Assembly: GCA_945889015.1 (NCBI GenBank)
Contig: CAMDBL010000001.1
Span: 2,951 to 66,950 of the forward strand
Direction: 5' to 3'
Origin: Devosia equisanguinis
GTDB lineage: Bacteria; Pseudomonadota; Alphaproteobacteria; Rhizobiales; Hyphomicrobiaceae
DNA length: 64,000 nt
Shown here: piece by piece, positions 29,538-38,792 of the stretch
How positions within the stretch are numbered: position 1 is the stretch's first letter
How the letters are laid out: every line of letters starts with the position of its first letter
The notes under the pieces: generated by a model
What the model was told of the DNA's origin: nothing
Seen by the model: the letters and a program-made list of their open reading frames with translations, nothing else
Database searches by the model: none
Translations under genes and position numbers: made by a program

Positions 29538-31400
29538 ATGGGTGCGGCGCTCAAGAAATCCAGTGGGCTGGCGATCGGCTTGGCAGACCGGGACGAAGGC
29601 GCGTTCCTGGGCATCGCGGCCTCGGCCAAGGGCTTCGCCTGGCGCGACCGGCTCGATCCCGGGGCGCGTAACGTGGCGACCGCGATCAGCCAGCGGCACG
29701 GCCTGCCGGAGTTGCTCGGCCGGGTGCTCGCGGCCCGCGGCATCAAGCTCGACGAGGTCGCCGTCGTGCTCGATCCGACGCTCAAGGCGCTGATGCCCGA
29801 TCCGAGCGTGCTGCGCGACATGGACAAGGCCGCGGCGCGCCTCGCCGATGCGATCATCGCCGGCCAGAACGTGGCGGTGTTTGGCGACTACGATGTCGAC
29901 GGCGCCTGCTCGTCGGCGCTGATGCATCGGTTTCTCGCGCATCACGGCGTGGCCGCCCGCATCTACATTCCCGACCGCATCTTCGAGGGCTACGGCCCCA
30001 ACCCCCAGGCCATCGAGGCGCTGGTCAAGGAAGGCGCGGGGCTGATCGTCACCGTCGATTGCGGCACCACCAGCTTCGAACCGCTCGCGGTCGCGCGTAA
30101 GCTGAAAACCGAAGTGATCGTGATCGACCACCATCAGGCCGACGAGCGGCTGCCCGACGTCGCTGCCGTGGTCAATCCGAACCGGCAGGACGACGTCTCG
30201 GGCCTCGGCCACCTGTGCGCGGCCGGCGTCGTGTTCATGGTGCTGGTGGCGACGGCGCGCGAGTTGCGCAAGCGCGGTCACTATGCGTCGGGTACGGCCG
30301 AGCCTGATCTCATGGGAATGCTCGATCTGGTCGCGCTGGCCACCGTCTGCGACGTGGTCCCGCTCGTCGGCCTCAACCGCGCCTATGTCGTGCGCGGACT
30401 GAAGGTGATGGGGCAGCGCCGCAATCTGGGCCTGCGCGCGCTGTTCGACACCGCCGGTCTCAATCAGGCGCCGACGCCTTATCATCTGGGCTTCGTGCTG
30501 GGACCGCGCATCAATGCCGGCGGGCGGATCGGCGACGCAGCACTCGGCTCGCGGCTGCTCGCGGGCGAGGACGAGGCGGAGTCGGCGAAGATCGCCGCCC
30601 TGCTCGACCGGCTCAACAAGGAGCGCAAGGCGATCGAGACCGAGATGCTGGAGCAGGCCATCTCCGAGGCCGACCGCATGCTCGAAGCCGATCCGGACAA
30701 GGGACTCGTGCTGCTCGGGTCCGAGGCCTGGCACAAGGGCGTCGTCGGCCTCGTCGCGAGCCGTCTCGTCGAGCGATTCCGTCGCCCCGCCTGCGTGATC
30801 TCGTGGGAGGAAGCGAAGGGCCGCGCGGACGCCTCCGGCACCGGCTCGCTTCGCTCCATCGCCGGCGTCGACATCGGCGGCGCGGTGCGGGCGGCGGTCG
30901 CCAAGGGCCTGCTGATCAAGGGCGGAGGCCATGCGATGGCGGCCGGTCTGACGGTCGCCAAGGACAAGCTCGCCGAGCTCGAGGCCTTTCTCGCCGGGGA
31001 GGTGAGCGCGAGCGTGACGCAGGCGCGCGGCCGGGCCGGTCTCGAGATCGACGGCGCGATGACGGCCTCGGGCGTCACCGACGAGCTGATCGACCTGATC
31101 GAGCGCGCCGGGCCCTACGGCCAGGGCAATCCGCAACCGCGCTTCGCGTTTCCCGCGCACCGGGTGAAGTTCGCCAAGCAGGTCGGCGAGTCGCATCTGC
31201 GCTGCGTGCTGGAGGCGGGCGACGGCAAGCGGCTCGACGCCGTGGCGTTCCGTGCGGTCGGCCAGCCGCTCGGCGATCTCCTCGCCAACGCCGGCGGCTT
31301 CCCGCTGCACATCGTCGGCAATCTCAAGCGCGACACCTGGGGCGGCCGCGACAAGATCGAGCTGCAGATCGAGGACGCGGCGGATCCGCGGCGACAATAA
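29538..31400 (+). CDS. recJ: single-stranded-DNA-specific exonuclease RecJ
   Basis: DHH family motifs VAVFGDYDVDGACS, VIDHHQ and GGGHAMAAG. ATG 29538 lies 8 nt after AGGAGG. Confidence 0.9.
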   Translation: MGAALKKSSGLAIGLADRDEGAFLGIAASAKGFAWRDRLDPGARNVATAISQRHGLPELLGRVLAARGIKLDEVAVVLDPTLKALMPDPSVLRDMDKAAARLADAIIAGQNVAVFGDYDVDGACSSALMHRFLAHHGVAARIYIPDRIFEGYGPNPQAIEALVKEGAGLIVTVDCGTTSFEPLAVARKLKTEVIVIDHHQADERLPDVAAVVNPNRQDDVSGLGHLCAAGVVFMVLVATARELRKRGHYASGTAEPDLMGMLDLVALATVCDVVPLVGLNRAYVVRGLKVMGQRRNLGLRALFDTAGLNQAPTPYHLGFVLGPRINAGGRIGDAALGSRLLAGEDEAESAKIAALLDRLNKERKAIETEMLEQAISEADRMLEADPDKGLVLLGSEAWHKGVVGLVASRLVERFRRPACVISWEEAKGRADASGTGSLRSIAGVDIGGAVRAAVAKGLLIKGGGHAMAAGLTVAKDKLAELEAFLAGEVSASVTQARGRAGLEIDGAMTASGVTDELIDLIERAGPYGQGNPQPRFAFPAHRVKFAKQVGESHLRCVLEAGDGKRLDAVAFRAVGQPLGDLLANAGGFPLHIVGNLKRDTWGGRDKIELQIEDAADPRRQ

Positions 31401-31424
31401 TTCACGAGGAGGAGTTTTGGACGC

Positions 31425-31817
31425 TCAAGGCATCTCGACCTGCGTCGCAATCCACCAAGTCGTGCCGCCGGCATCCTGGACACCGCCGCGCTTGTCCTCG
31501 TCGTCTTTCTGACTAGGAGCCATTATTGACGTGCCACCGGCCGCCAATGCGCGCTGGTAGGTGGCGTCGACGTCGTCCACGTAGATGTGGACATGCGCTG
31601 GCACCCCGGGCCAGGTGCTCGTCGCCTCGGACAACATGACGACCGTGTCGTCGATCTGCATTTCGCCGTGCATCAGTGATCCGTCGGGCCGAAAGAGCAA
31701 TCGCAGACGCTTGGCGCTAAAAACTGCCTCGAGAAATGCCAGCGTGGCCTTCGCGTCGCTCACGGTGAGATAGGGCGAAACGGAGTTGTAACCTGCTGGT
31801 TTCCAAGGCCGGATCAT
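31425..31817 (-). CDS. VOC (glyoxalase/bleomycin-resistance) family protein
   Basis: 130 aa. PhnB-like pattern: SPYLTVSDAKATLAFLEAVF...HGEMQIDDTVVMLSE... Confidence 0.7.
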   Translation of the reverse strand: MIRPWKPAGYNSVSPYLTVSDAKATLAFLEAVFSAKRLRLLFRPDGSLMHGEMQIDDTVVMLSEATSTWPGVPAHVHIYVDDVDATYQRALAAGGTSIMAPSQKDDEDKRGGVQDAGGTTWWIATQVEMP

Positions 31818-31878
31818 CGGCTTTCTCCACGGTGATGCGGGGTGTCCATCGCTGAGCGTCGGACACCGCCGCTTCTGA

Positions 31879-32226
31879 TCACTTCGCCGCGGTGACCTGG
31901 ATCTCGACCAGCATGCGCGGGTCGGCGAGCGCGGCGGTGATGCAGGCGCGGCCGGGAAGGTTCTGGCCGCCGGTCCAGGCGTTCCAGGACTCGTTCATGG
32001 CGTCGCGGTTGCGGATGTCGGTCAGCCAGATGGTGGCCGAGACGACCTTGGTCTTGTCGGTGCCGCACAGCTTCAGCAGGCGGTCGATCTCGGCGAGAAC
32101 CTGCTGGGTCTGGCCCTTGGTGTCCTGCGTCAGGTTGTCGGCGACGATACCGGCGGTGAAGACGAAGCCGTTCGCCTCGACGACCTTGGAGAAGATCTTC
32201 GCGGGCTCGTGACGGGTGATGGCCAT
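31879..32226 (-). CDS. RidA/YjgF family protein
   Basis: ATG 32226 (MAITRHEP). The 115-aa product ends in the YjgF-type ...RACITAALADPRMLVEIQVTA. Confidence 0.8.
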   Translation of the reverse strand: MAITRHEPAKIFSKVVEANGFVFTAGIVADNLTQDTKGQTQQVLAEIDRLLKLCGTDKTKVVSATIWLTDIRNRDAMNESWNAWTGGQNLPGRACITAALADPRMLVEIQVTAAK

Positions 32227-32307
32227 GGGGGTGCTCCCGGGTTGGATGTTTGCCGGGAGGGGTCTTAGCACGGCTGACGGCCAGTGCCAGCACCCGCTAC
32301 TGCCCGC

Positions 32308-32440
32308 GCTTGTCATCCCGGCCGCCGAAGGCGAGCCGGGACCCAGGAGTTGCGAATTCAAGCGCTTGACAAGTGGCCCCTAGGTCCCGGCTCTGCGTTT
32401 CAGCGCGTTCCGCGCTTGCGCTCCGGCCGGGATGACAAGC
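32308..32440. repeat. nested perfect inverted repeat (REP/MITE-like element)
   Basis: Outer arms GCTTGTCATCCCGGCCG (32308-32324) and CGGCCGGGATGACAAGC (32424-32440). Inner arms GAGCCGGGACC (32332-32342) and GGTCCCGGCTC (32383-32393). Confidence 0.7.
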
Positions 32441-32497
32441 AGCTTCAGTCGTTTTCGGGCGCCGCGGGCCGGCACATGAGGGCCTGCGGTAATGGCG

Positions 32498-34546
32498 TCA
32501 AGCCGCAGCCTGCTTGTGGGCGGACAGTACCTGATCGGCGAGGCGTCCGGTCAGCTCTGAGAGATGGTCGAACTGCGCCGTGTAGCTGCCGACGCCCGAC
32601 GTCGCCGAGCGGATCTCGATGATCAGATCCTCCATCTCGGAGGCTGGAAGCTGCGCCTCGACGCGGTCCCAGCCCGGCCAGCCCTCGCGCGCGTCGAAGC
32701 CGAGGATGCGGCCGCGGCGCTGCGAGATCATGCCGTTGATGTGCGAGGTGGCGTCCGATGGCACGACGATGTCCACCGCCATCACCGGCTCGAGCAGCAC
32801 CGGCGCGCATTTCGGCATGCCCTCCTGCATGGCGATGCGGCCGGCTTGGCGGAACGCCATGTCGGAGCTGTCGACCGTGTGATAGGAGCCGTCCTTCAGC
32901 GTCACCCCGACGTCGACGACGGGAAAGCCGAGCGGCCCGCGCGCCAGATAGTCCGACACCCCGATCTCGACCGAGGGGATGAACTGCTTGGGCACCGCGC
33001 CGCCGGTGATCTTCTCGTTGAACAGGAAGCCGGCGCCGCGCGGTAGCGGTCGGATCTCGACGACGACGTCGCCGAACTGTCCATGGCCGCCCGACTGCTT
33101 CTTGTGCCGTCCGCGCACCTCGATGGCGGCCTTGATCGTCTCCTTGTAGGGCACCTGCCGCTTTTGGCGGTCGGCGGCGATGGCGTACTTGCGCGTCAGC
33201 CGCTCGAAGGCCACGCGCAAGTGCATCTCGCCCTGGCCGAGCAGCACCATCTGGTGCGTGTCCTTGTTGTGGTCGATCGACAGCGAGGGATCCTCCTCGA
33301 TCAGCTTTGTGATCGCGGCCGACAGCTTCACCTCGTCGTTGCGGTTCTTGAGTACGATGGCCGAGCCGAACACCGGTTGCGGCGACTTGGGAGCGGCGAT
33401 CTGCACGACGCCGGATTTCTCCGTCGTCAGCGTGTCGCCGGTGTGCACGTGTTCGAGGCGGCCAAGCGCGACGGTGTCGCCGGCTTTCGCCGCGCCGCGC
33501 TTCTTCGGCTCCTCGCCCATCATCGAGAAGATGCCGGAGACCCGCTCCTCGCCGGATGGGCCCGCGAGCGTCGCGCCGTCGGGGATCTCGCCGGTCAGCA
33601 CACGCCCGAGCGAGAGCTTGCCGCCGTGCGCGGTGTGCATGGTCTTGAACACGTAGACGGACGACTTGGCGTTCTCGAGCTTCAGCCGCTTGGCCGTGGT
33701 GGAGACGAACGGCGCCTCGTGCCGCAGCGCCTTCATCAGCCGCATGATGCCGTTGCCCTTCTCGGCCGAGCCGAGGAACACCGGGCAGATCAATCCCTGC
33801 TGGGACTCCTTCGTCAGGTCGTCGAAGATCTTGTCGCGCGGCGGCGGGATGTCGGAGAGCAATTGCTCCATCAGCTCGTCGTCGTAGTCGGCGAGCTTCT
33901 CGAGCATCTGGAAGCGGGCTTCCTTTTCGCGCTCGGCGAGGCTCGCGGGCAGCGCGATCTCCTCGGACGGCGCATGCTCGCGATAGACGTAGGCCTTTTC
34001 CTGCGCGAGGTCGACGTAGCCGGTCGCGATGCCGTTCTCCCAGATCGGGATCTGCCGCAACACGAGCGGACGCGCGCTTGCAGGCTGCAGTTGCGCGAGG
34101 ATGTCGCGAACCCGGGTGTCGAAGGTGTCGATCTTGTTCAAGAACAGGTAGTGTGGAATGCCCCGGTCCTCGAGCTGCTTGAAGATCATCTGCAGCGCGG
34201 GCACGCGTTTCTCGTCGGGCTCGGAGACGACGATGGCGGCATCGCAGGCGGTCAACGCGTGGGCGCCCTCGAGCTGGAACTCGATCGATCCTGGACAATC
34301 GACGAAGGTGAAGGGATCGCCGAGGAAGGTCGCATCGGCGACATTGAGCGCGACGCTCATACCGTGCTCGCGGGCCTCGGGGCTTGCGTCACCGACAGTG
34401 GACCTGTTGGCGATGCTGCCCTGGCGCGAGATCACCTCGCACCGGGCCAGGATGGCCTCGAGCAGCGAGGTCTTGCCCGACAGGTACGGGCCGACCAGTG
34501 CGATGCAGCGGGCGCTGCGGGCCGTGTGGCCAGCGGGTTGCCCCAT
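32498..34546 (-). CDS. elongation factor G-like GTPase paralogue
   Basis: 682 aa with G1 (GPYLSGKT), G3 (DCPGS) and G4 (NKID), plus EF-G domains II-V (...GGHGQFGDV..., ...LLEPVMAVDIVVP...). Confidence 0.85.
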   Translation of the reverse strand: MGQPAGHTARSARCIALVGPYLSGKTSLLEAILARCEVISRQGSIANRSTVGDASPEAREHGMSVALNVADATFLGDPFTFVDCPGSIEFQLEGAHALTACDAAIVVSEPDEKRVPALQMIFKQLEDRGIPHYLFLNKIDTFDTRVRDILAQLQPASARPLVLRQIPIWENGIATGYVDLAQEKAYVYREHAPSEEIALPASLAEREKEARFQMLEKLADYDDELMEQLLSDIPPPRDKIFDDLTKESQQGLICPVFLGSAEKGNGIMRLMKALRHEAPFVSTTAKRLKLENAKSSVYVFKTMHTAHGGKLSLGRVLTGEIPDGATLAGPSGEERVSGIFSMMGEEPKKRGAAKAGDTVALGRLEHVHTGDTLTTEKSGVVQIAAPKSPQPVFGSAIVLKNRNDEVKLSAAITKLIEEDPSLSIDHNKDTHQMVLLGQGEMHLRVAFERLTRKYAIAADRQKRQVPYKETIKAAIEVRGRHKKQSGGHGQFGDVVVEIRPLPRGAGFLFNEKITGGAVPKQFIPSVEIGVSDYLARGPLGFPVVDVGVTLKDGSYHTVDSSDMAFRQAGRIAMQEGMPKCAPVLLEPVMAVDIVVPSDATSHINGMISQRRGRILGFDAREGWPGWDRVEAQLPASEMEDLIIEIRSATSGVGSYTAQFDHLSELTGRLADQVLSAHKQAAA

Positions 34547-34707
34547 GGTCTCCTCCTTCGCTCAGGCGCGCGGATGCGACCGCCGCGACCCCGCGCCTGA
34601 GGAGAGAGGCGCGACAGACGTCATGTTCGCGCCGCGCCCGGAGAAGTGCAAGAGGATACGTGACGCTTTCGTGAAACTCCGTAATTCCGGGCGTTTCTTG
34701 ATGCGCT

Positions 34708-37206
34708 TCAATGCAGCGGATTCAGGTCGGCGTCGGCGAGACCACTGAGCAGCGCGCGGCCGTTCTCGTCGATCCGGAACGTGCCGAAGCGGGCCTGGGC
34801 GTAGCGGCTCGCGGTGCCTTCCTTGAAGTAGAAGGCGTCGGTGCCGAGGCTCCAGCGCCCCGCCCGCCAAGCGAGATCGATCAGGAGACGGTCGGATCGA
34901 GGCGCGAGCGGCTCGCTGGTGAACCCCTCGACGGTCGCCACCCCCCGCGGATCGAGCGTGGCGAGAGCGGCGAGCCGAGGCGATGCCGCCCGCAGAGCGT
35001 GCTGGGCATCCGGCGTCGCAGGAAGCGCGAACCGCAGCGCCATGTAGTCGCCCTGCATCAGCGAGCGCGGATCGACGGGAGCGAGCGGGATGTGGACGAT
35101 GCGGCCGGTCGTCAAGATCCGTTCCATGTCCCGCACGCCGCTGCCGACGAGCATGGCGGTGGTGACGGCGGCCACGCCGATCAGGCCGGCAGCGAGACCG
35201 GTGGGGAGGCCAGTGGGCAGCGGCGCGCTGCCGTCGTCGCCGAAGGTGGGGGCGTGCGTGCGGATGCCGCTCAGCCAGCAGAGCGCGGCGAGCGCCACAC
35301 CGAGGCCGATCAGCAGGTAGGCCTTTTGCACCAGTGGCCATCCGAGCCAGTAGTAGAAGGCGCCGACGATCCAGAGCGCCACGATGGCGGCGAGCACGGC
35401 GATGGTGCGGCGACCGGTCAGGGTCGCGGCAGCGAGCAGCAGTATCACGGCGCCGAGGCCGGGCATGAAGGCGGCCAGGATCACGGCGACCGCGGCCACG
35501 CCATAGCCGGCGGGGCCGCGCAGGCCCTGGTCGCGCTCGAGCAGCAGCCATGCGCCGCCGAGAGCCGCAGCGATGGAGAGCACGCGGTTGACATTCCACA
35601 GATCGGCCGCTCCGACCGCGGTGCCGAGTGTGCTGCCGCCGAGACCGAAGCGAGTTCCAACGAGGAAACTCTGGCCGGCTGCGAGCATCAGCCCGAGCAG
35701 CGCCAGGGCGCTCCAGCCGATAGCGAAGGCGGTGATGCCGTCGTGCGCGCGCGGCGTCTTCAGCAGAGCTGCTGCCCCCGCCGCCGCGATCAGCGTCCAG
35801 GCGAGGCGGAACGCGGCGACGTCGGGCATGTGGCGGAGATCGTCGAACGTCTGCGCGATCAGCACGCACGCAAACCCCGCTGCCGCAGCGCCGAGCAGTC
35901 CGCGGATCCAGTTCACCGGTAGCAGCGCGGCGAGGACGCAGGTCAGCGACAGCATGATCAGCGTGGCCGGGACGATGGGGAGATCGCGGTAGGCGCCGAA
36001 GCCGATCAGCAATCCACCGACAGCCAGCGCGATGACGCCGAACTGCTGGCCGAAGCCGAGGGGCTTGGCGGTGCGCAGCAGAGCAACTGCGGCGCCGAGG
36101 ACGACGAGGCCGGTGATCCAGGTGCCGGGTCCGCGCTCGATGGCTCGGCCGAGGGCCATGAACAGGAACCCGATCAGGGGCAGCGCCGCCATGATCGCGC
36201 CGATGCCGCTCAGCACGGCCACCGGCCAGGTGCGCGAGGCCTCCTCAGGCGGGTGCGCAGCCGCATCTTCGAGGGGGGCGGCGGCGTGTGAAACTTGCGC
36301 GTCCTGGCGGGCGCGGGCGATCCGGAGCAGGGCGACGGCGCTGGCTGCGACGACGCCGGCCGAGATCACGCCGACGAGCAGCATCGAGCCGAAGTGCTCG
36401 TTGCGCCAGAGAACGGCACGAACGAGGCCGCAGATCGCCATCACGTCGAGCGCTAGGGTCGCGGCGGCGAGTAGCGGCAGGTCGAACGGCGACCGGACGG
36501 CGAGGACGGCGGCGATCGACGCGACGACGATGAGGCCCGCGACATAGACGAGGAGGCTGCTGGAGGAGCCGCCGAACTGCGCCTCCAGCCCCGCGCCCGT
36601 CACCAGGGTCAGGCTCGACAGCACGGCGAGGCGAAAGGCCCACGGCGTGCGCCCGAGCCAGCGCTCGGCGCCGATGTTGCCGCTCAGCGACAGGCAGACG
36701 GCGGCTGCGGCCAGCCATTCCACCGCGGTCGTCGTGAGGTCGTGGGCATAGCGGCCGGTGAGGCTGATCACCCACAACGGCAATGCCGTGAACACCACCG
36801 CCACCCACAGCGACCACACCGCGTCGTGCCGCGCGGCCACGGCCCACGGCAGGGCGAGCGCGGCCCACAGCGCGAACAATTGCCAGGGATCGGCTCCGGT
36901 CTGATAGGTCTGGCCGGTCAGCGCCAGCAGCCCGCCGATGCCGAGGACGCCCACCAGCGAGGCTGCGGCGCGCGCGGGCCCGGCCGCGGCTGCGAGAAGG
37001 GCGGAAAGCGCGATGATGCCGCTAACAAGGCCGAACCGGCCGGCCTTGCCGAGGTCGTCCCAGTTGGCTGCGATCCAGAGCACGATGCCGAAGCCGATCA
37101 GGCCGGCCGCTCCGACGACCGCCACCGCGCTCAGCCAGCGCTCGGTGGATTCGGAGGGGTGAACTGAGTTCTCACGGTTGTCGCCTGGCCGAGACGTTTG
37201 GCCCAT
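34708..37206 (-). CDS. large polytopic membrane protein: DUF2157-like N-terminus fused to a C-terminal GDYXXLXY domain
   Basis: WIAANWDDLGK motif near the N-terminus, a long run of hydrophobic segments, and a C-terminal soluble domain containing PRSLMQGDYMALRF. The start is uncertain (ATG 37206, ATG 37242 or TTG 37254). Confidence 0.7.
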   Translation of the reverse strand: MGQTSRPGDNRENSVHPSESTERWLSAVAVVGAAGLIGFGIVLWIAANWDDLGKAGRFGLVSGIIALSALLAAAAGPARAAASLVGVLGIGGLLALTGQTYQTGADPWQLFALWAALALPWAVAARHDAVWSLWVAVVFTALPLWVISLTGRYAHDLTTTAVEWLAAAAVCLSLSGNIGAERWLGRTPWAFRLAVLSSLTLVTGAGLEAQFGGSSSSLLVYVAGLIVVASIAAVLAVRSPFDLPLLAAATLALDVMAICGLVRAVLWRNEHFGSMLLVGVISAGVVAASAVALLRIARARQDAQVSHAAAPLEDAAAHPPEEASRTWPVAVLSGIGAIMAALPLIGFLFMALGRAIERGPGTWITGLVVLGAAVALLRTAKPLGFGQQFGVIALAVGGLLIGFGAYRDLPIVPATLIMLSLTCVLAALLPVNWIRGLLGAAAAGFACVLIAQTFDDLRHMPDVAAFRLAWTLIAAAGAAALLKTPRAHDGITAFAIGWSALALLGLMLAAGQSFLVGTRFGLGGSTLGTAVGAADLWNVNRVLSIAAALGGAWLLLERDQGLRGPAGYGVAAVAVILAAFMPGLGAVILLLAAATLTGRRTIAVLAAIVALWIVGAFYYWLGWPLVQKAYLLIGLGVALAALCWLSGIRTHAPTFGDDGSAPLPTGLPTGLAAGLIGVAAVTTAMLVGSGVRDMERILTTGRIVHIPLAPVDPRSLMQGDYMALRFALPATPDAQHALRAASPRLAALATLDPRGVATVEGFTSEPLAPRSDRLLIDLAWRAGRWSLGTDAFYFKEGTASRYAQARFGTFRIDENGRALLSGLADADLNPLH

Positions 37207-37367
37207 GATGCAATCCGTAGATCTAATGTGAACCAAGTTCATTCTAATCGACAATGCGTGGCGAATATTGGGCCGAGTCCGAACATCCTTAAAGTATAGT
37301 CAAAGAGATCGGCTGGCGTCCGCTTACGCAAGACAGCGGTGATCGGGCGAGGCCGACGCGCCTTCGC

Positions 37368-38687
37368 TCAGCCGTTGGCCTTGGCGTCGAGCGGCCACAG
37401 GTAGCGCCACCAGCGCCAGCAGATCAGCAGCACGCAGGCGGTGCCGAACGCCACGTAGAGCGTCGAGGTCGCGACGAAGCCCTGGCTCGCCAGCAGCGGC
37501 CCGGACAGCATCAGCCCGGTCGGCAGGCCGTAGATCGCGAGCATGCGCACGCCCATCACGCGGCCACGATAGCGCTCCTCGGAGGTCCGCAGCAGCAGCA
37601 CCGACAACGACACCAGACTGAGTGTCTGGCAGGCACCGGCGACCATCAAGACGGCAAAGCCCGTCGCCGGCGTCGGCATGCGCGAGAACGCGAGCAGCAT
37701 CACGTACCAGATCAGCACGAACACGACGGTCATGCGTCCCGCACGTACCCGCGTTCCCATCACGCTGAGCGCGATCGAGCCGATCAGCCCGCCTCCCGCG
37801 AACCCGGCGACGAGGTAGCTCAAACCGGTCTGGTCGATCTTGTAGATCTCGCGCGCGACGTAAGGCAGCAGCCCGTTCGACATCGGGTATGCCGTGAGGT
37901 TGACGATGAAGGCGATCAGCATGCAGGCCAGCAGTTGTGGCGCGCGCCAAACGTAGACGATGCCCTCCTTCAGGTCGCGCCAGGGCGAGGGATGGGCCAT
38001 CACATCGCCCGCCGCGTCGCGCAGGATCTGTCTCGGCGGAGGCGGCTGGACGCGCTGGGTCGCCAGCGCGCCGAGCAGGTAGAACAGCGCGATGGCGATA
38101 TAGGCGTGCGACATGCCGAGTTGCGCCACGAGATAGGCGCCGGCAATGGCACCGGTGATGCGGGCTGATTCGACCGTTGTGCGCGCGAGGCTGGTCGCGG
38201 GCATCAACTGCGCCGGCGGCACGATAGCGGAGACGAGGGCGGCGCGGACGCCGAGATCGGAAGGGCGGATCATGCCGATCACACCGACGATGCACAGCAC
38301 CACGATCGGACTGAGATTTCCAGCGAGCCCGAGCGCTGCGATGACGGCGGCGAGGCAGGCGTAGGAGAGCCGCATGCCCGTCAGCAAATTGCGATGCCCG
38401 ATGCGGTCGCCCATCACGCCGAACATCGGCGAGACCAGGGTGCCCAGATAGATCAACGAGCCGTAAAGCGCGAGCAGCACGACGGAGCCGGTCTCGACCA
38501 GGATGTACCAGCCGAGGATGATATTCTCCATCTCGAACGCCCACGACGTCAGCAGGTCGCCGCACCAGAGGCGGCGATAGTCGCGGACCTGGAACGGGGC
38601 GAGCGCGGAAATTCGGGAGAGCTTGCTCACGTGATGGGGACTTGTCGTCCCGCCCCTTTGCAATTGGACTGAGGAGTGGGCGTCCAC
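37368..38687 (-). CDS. MFS transporter
   Basis: 439 aa with about 12 hydrophobic helices. FQVRDYRRLW and GVMGDRIGHRN loop motifs. A start further in, at GTG 38630, is possible. Confidence 0.8.
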   Translation of the reverse strand: MDAHSSVQLQRGGTTSPHHVSKLSRISALAPFQVRDYRRLWCGDLLTSWAFEMENIILGWYILVETGSVVLLALYGSLIYLGTLVSPMFGVMGDRIGHRNLLTGMRLSYACLAAVIAALGLAGNLSPIVVLCIVGVIGMIRPSDLGVRAALVSAIVPPAQLMPATSLARTTVESARITGAIAGAYLVAQLGMSHAYIAIALFYLLGALATQRVQPPPPRQILRDAAGDVMAHPSPWRDLKEGIVYVWRAPQLLACMLIAFIVNLTAYPMSNGLLPYVAREIYKIDQTGLSYLVAGFAGGGLIGSIALSVMGTRVRAGRMTVVFVLIWYVMLLAFSRMPTPATGFAVLMVAGACQTLSLVSLSVLLLRTSEERYRGRVMGVRMLAIYGLPTGLMLSGPLLASQGFVATSTLYVAFGTACVLLICWRWWRYLWPLDAKANG

Positions 38688-38708
38688 TCTGGCAGCGTCG
38701 GTTGTACG

Positions 38709-38792
38709 AGAGTGAGGGTAGAGACGTGAGGGGGAGAGACGGGAGAAGTGAGACTTCTCGCTTCTCTCTCCTCTTCCCTCTCTTCTTCTATT
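38709..38792. repeat. polypurine/polypyrimidine imperfect inverted repeat
   Basis: A purine-rich arm (GAGAGTGAGGGTAGAGACGTGAGGGGGAGAGACGGGAGAAGTGAG) is followed by a pyrimidine-rich arm (CTTCTCGCTTCTCTCTCCTCTTCCCTCTCTTCTTC). The core stem is GAGAAGT/ACTTCTC. Confidence 0.5.
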
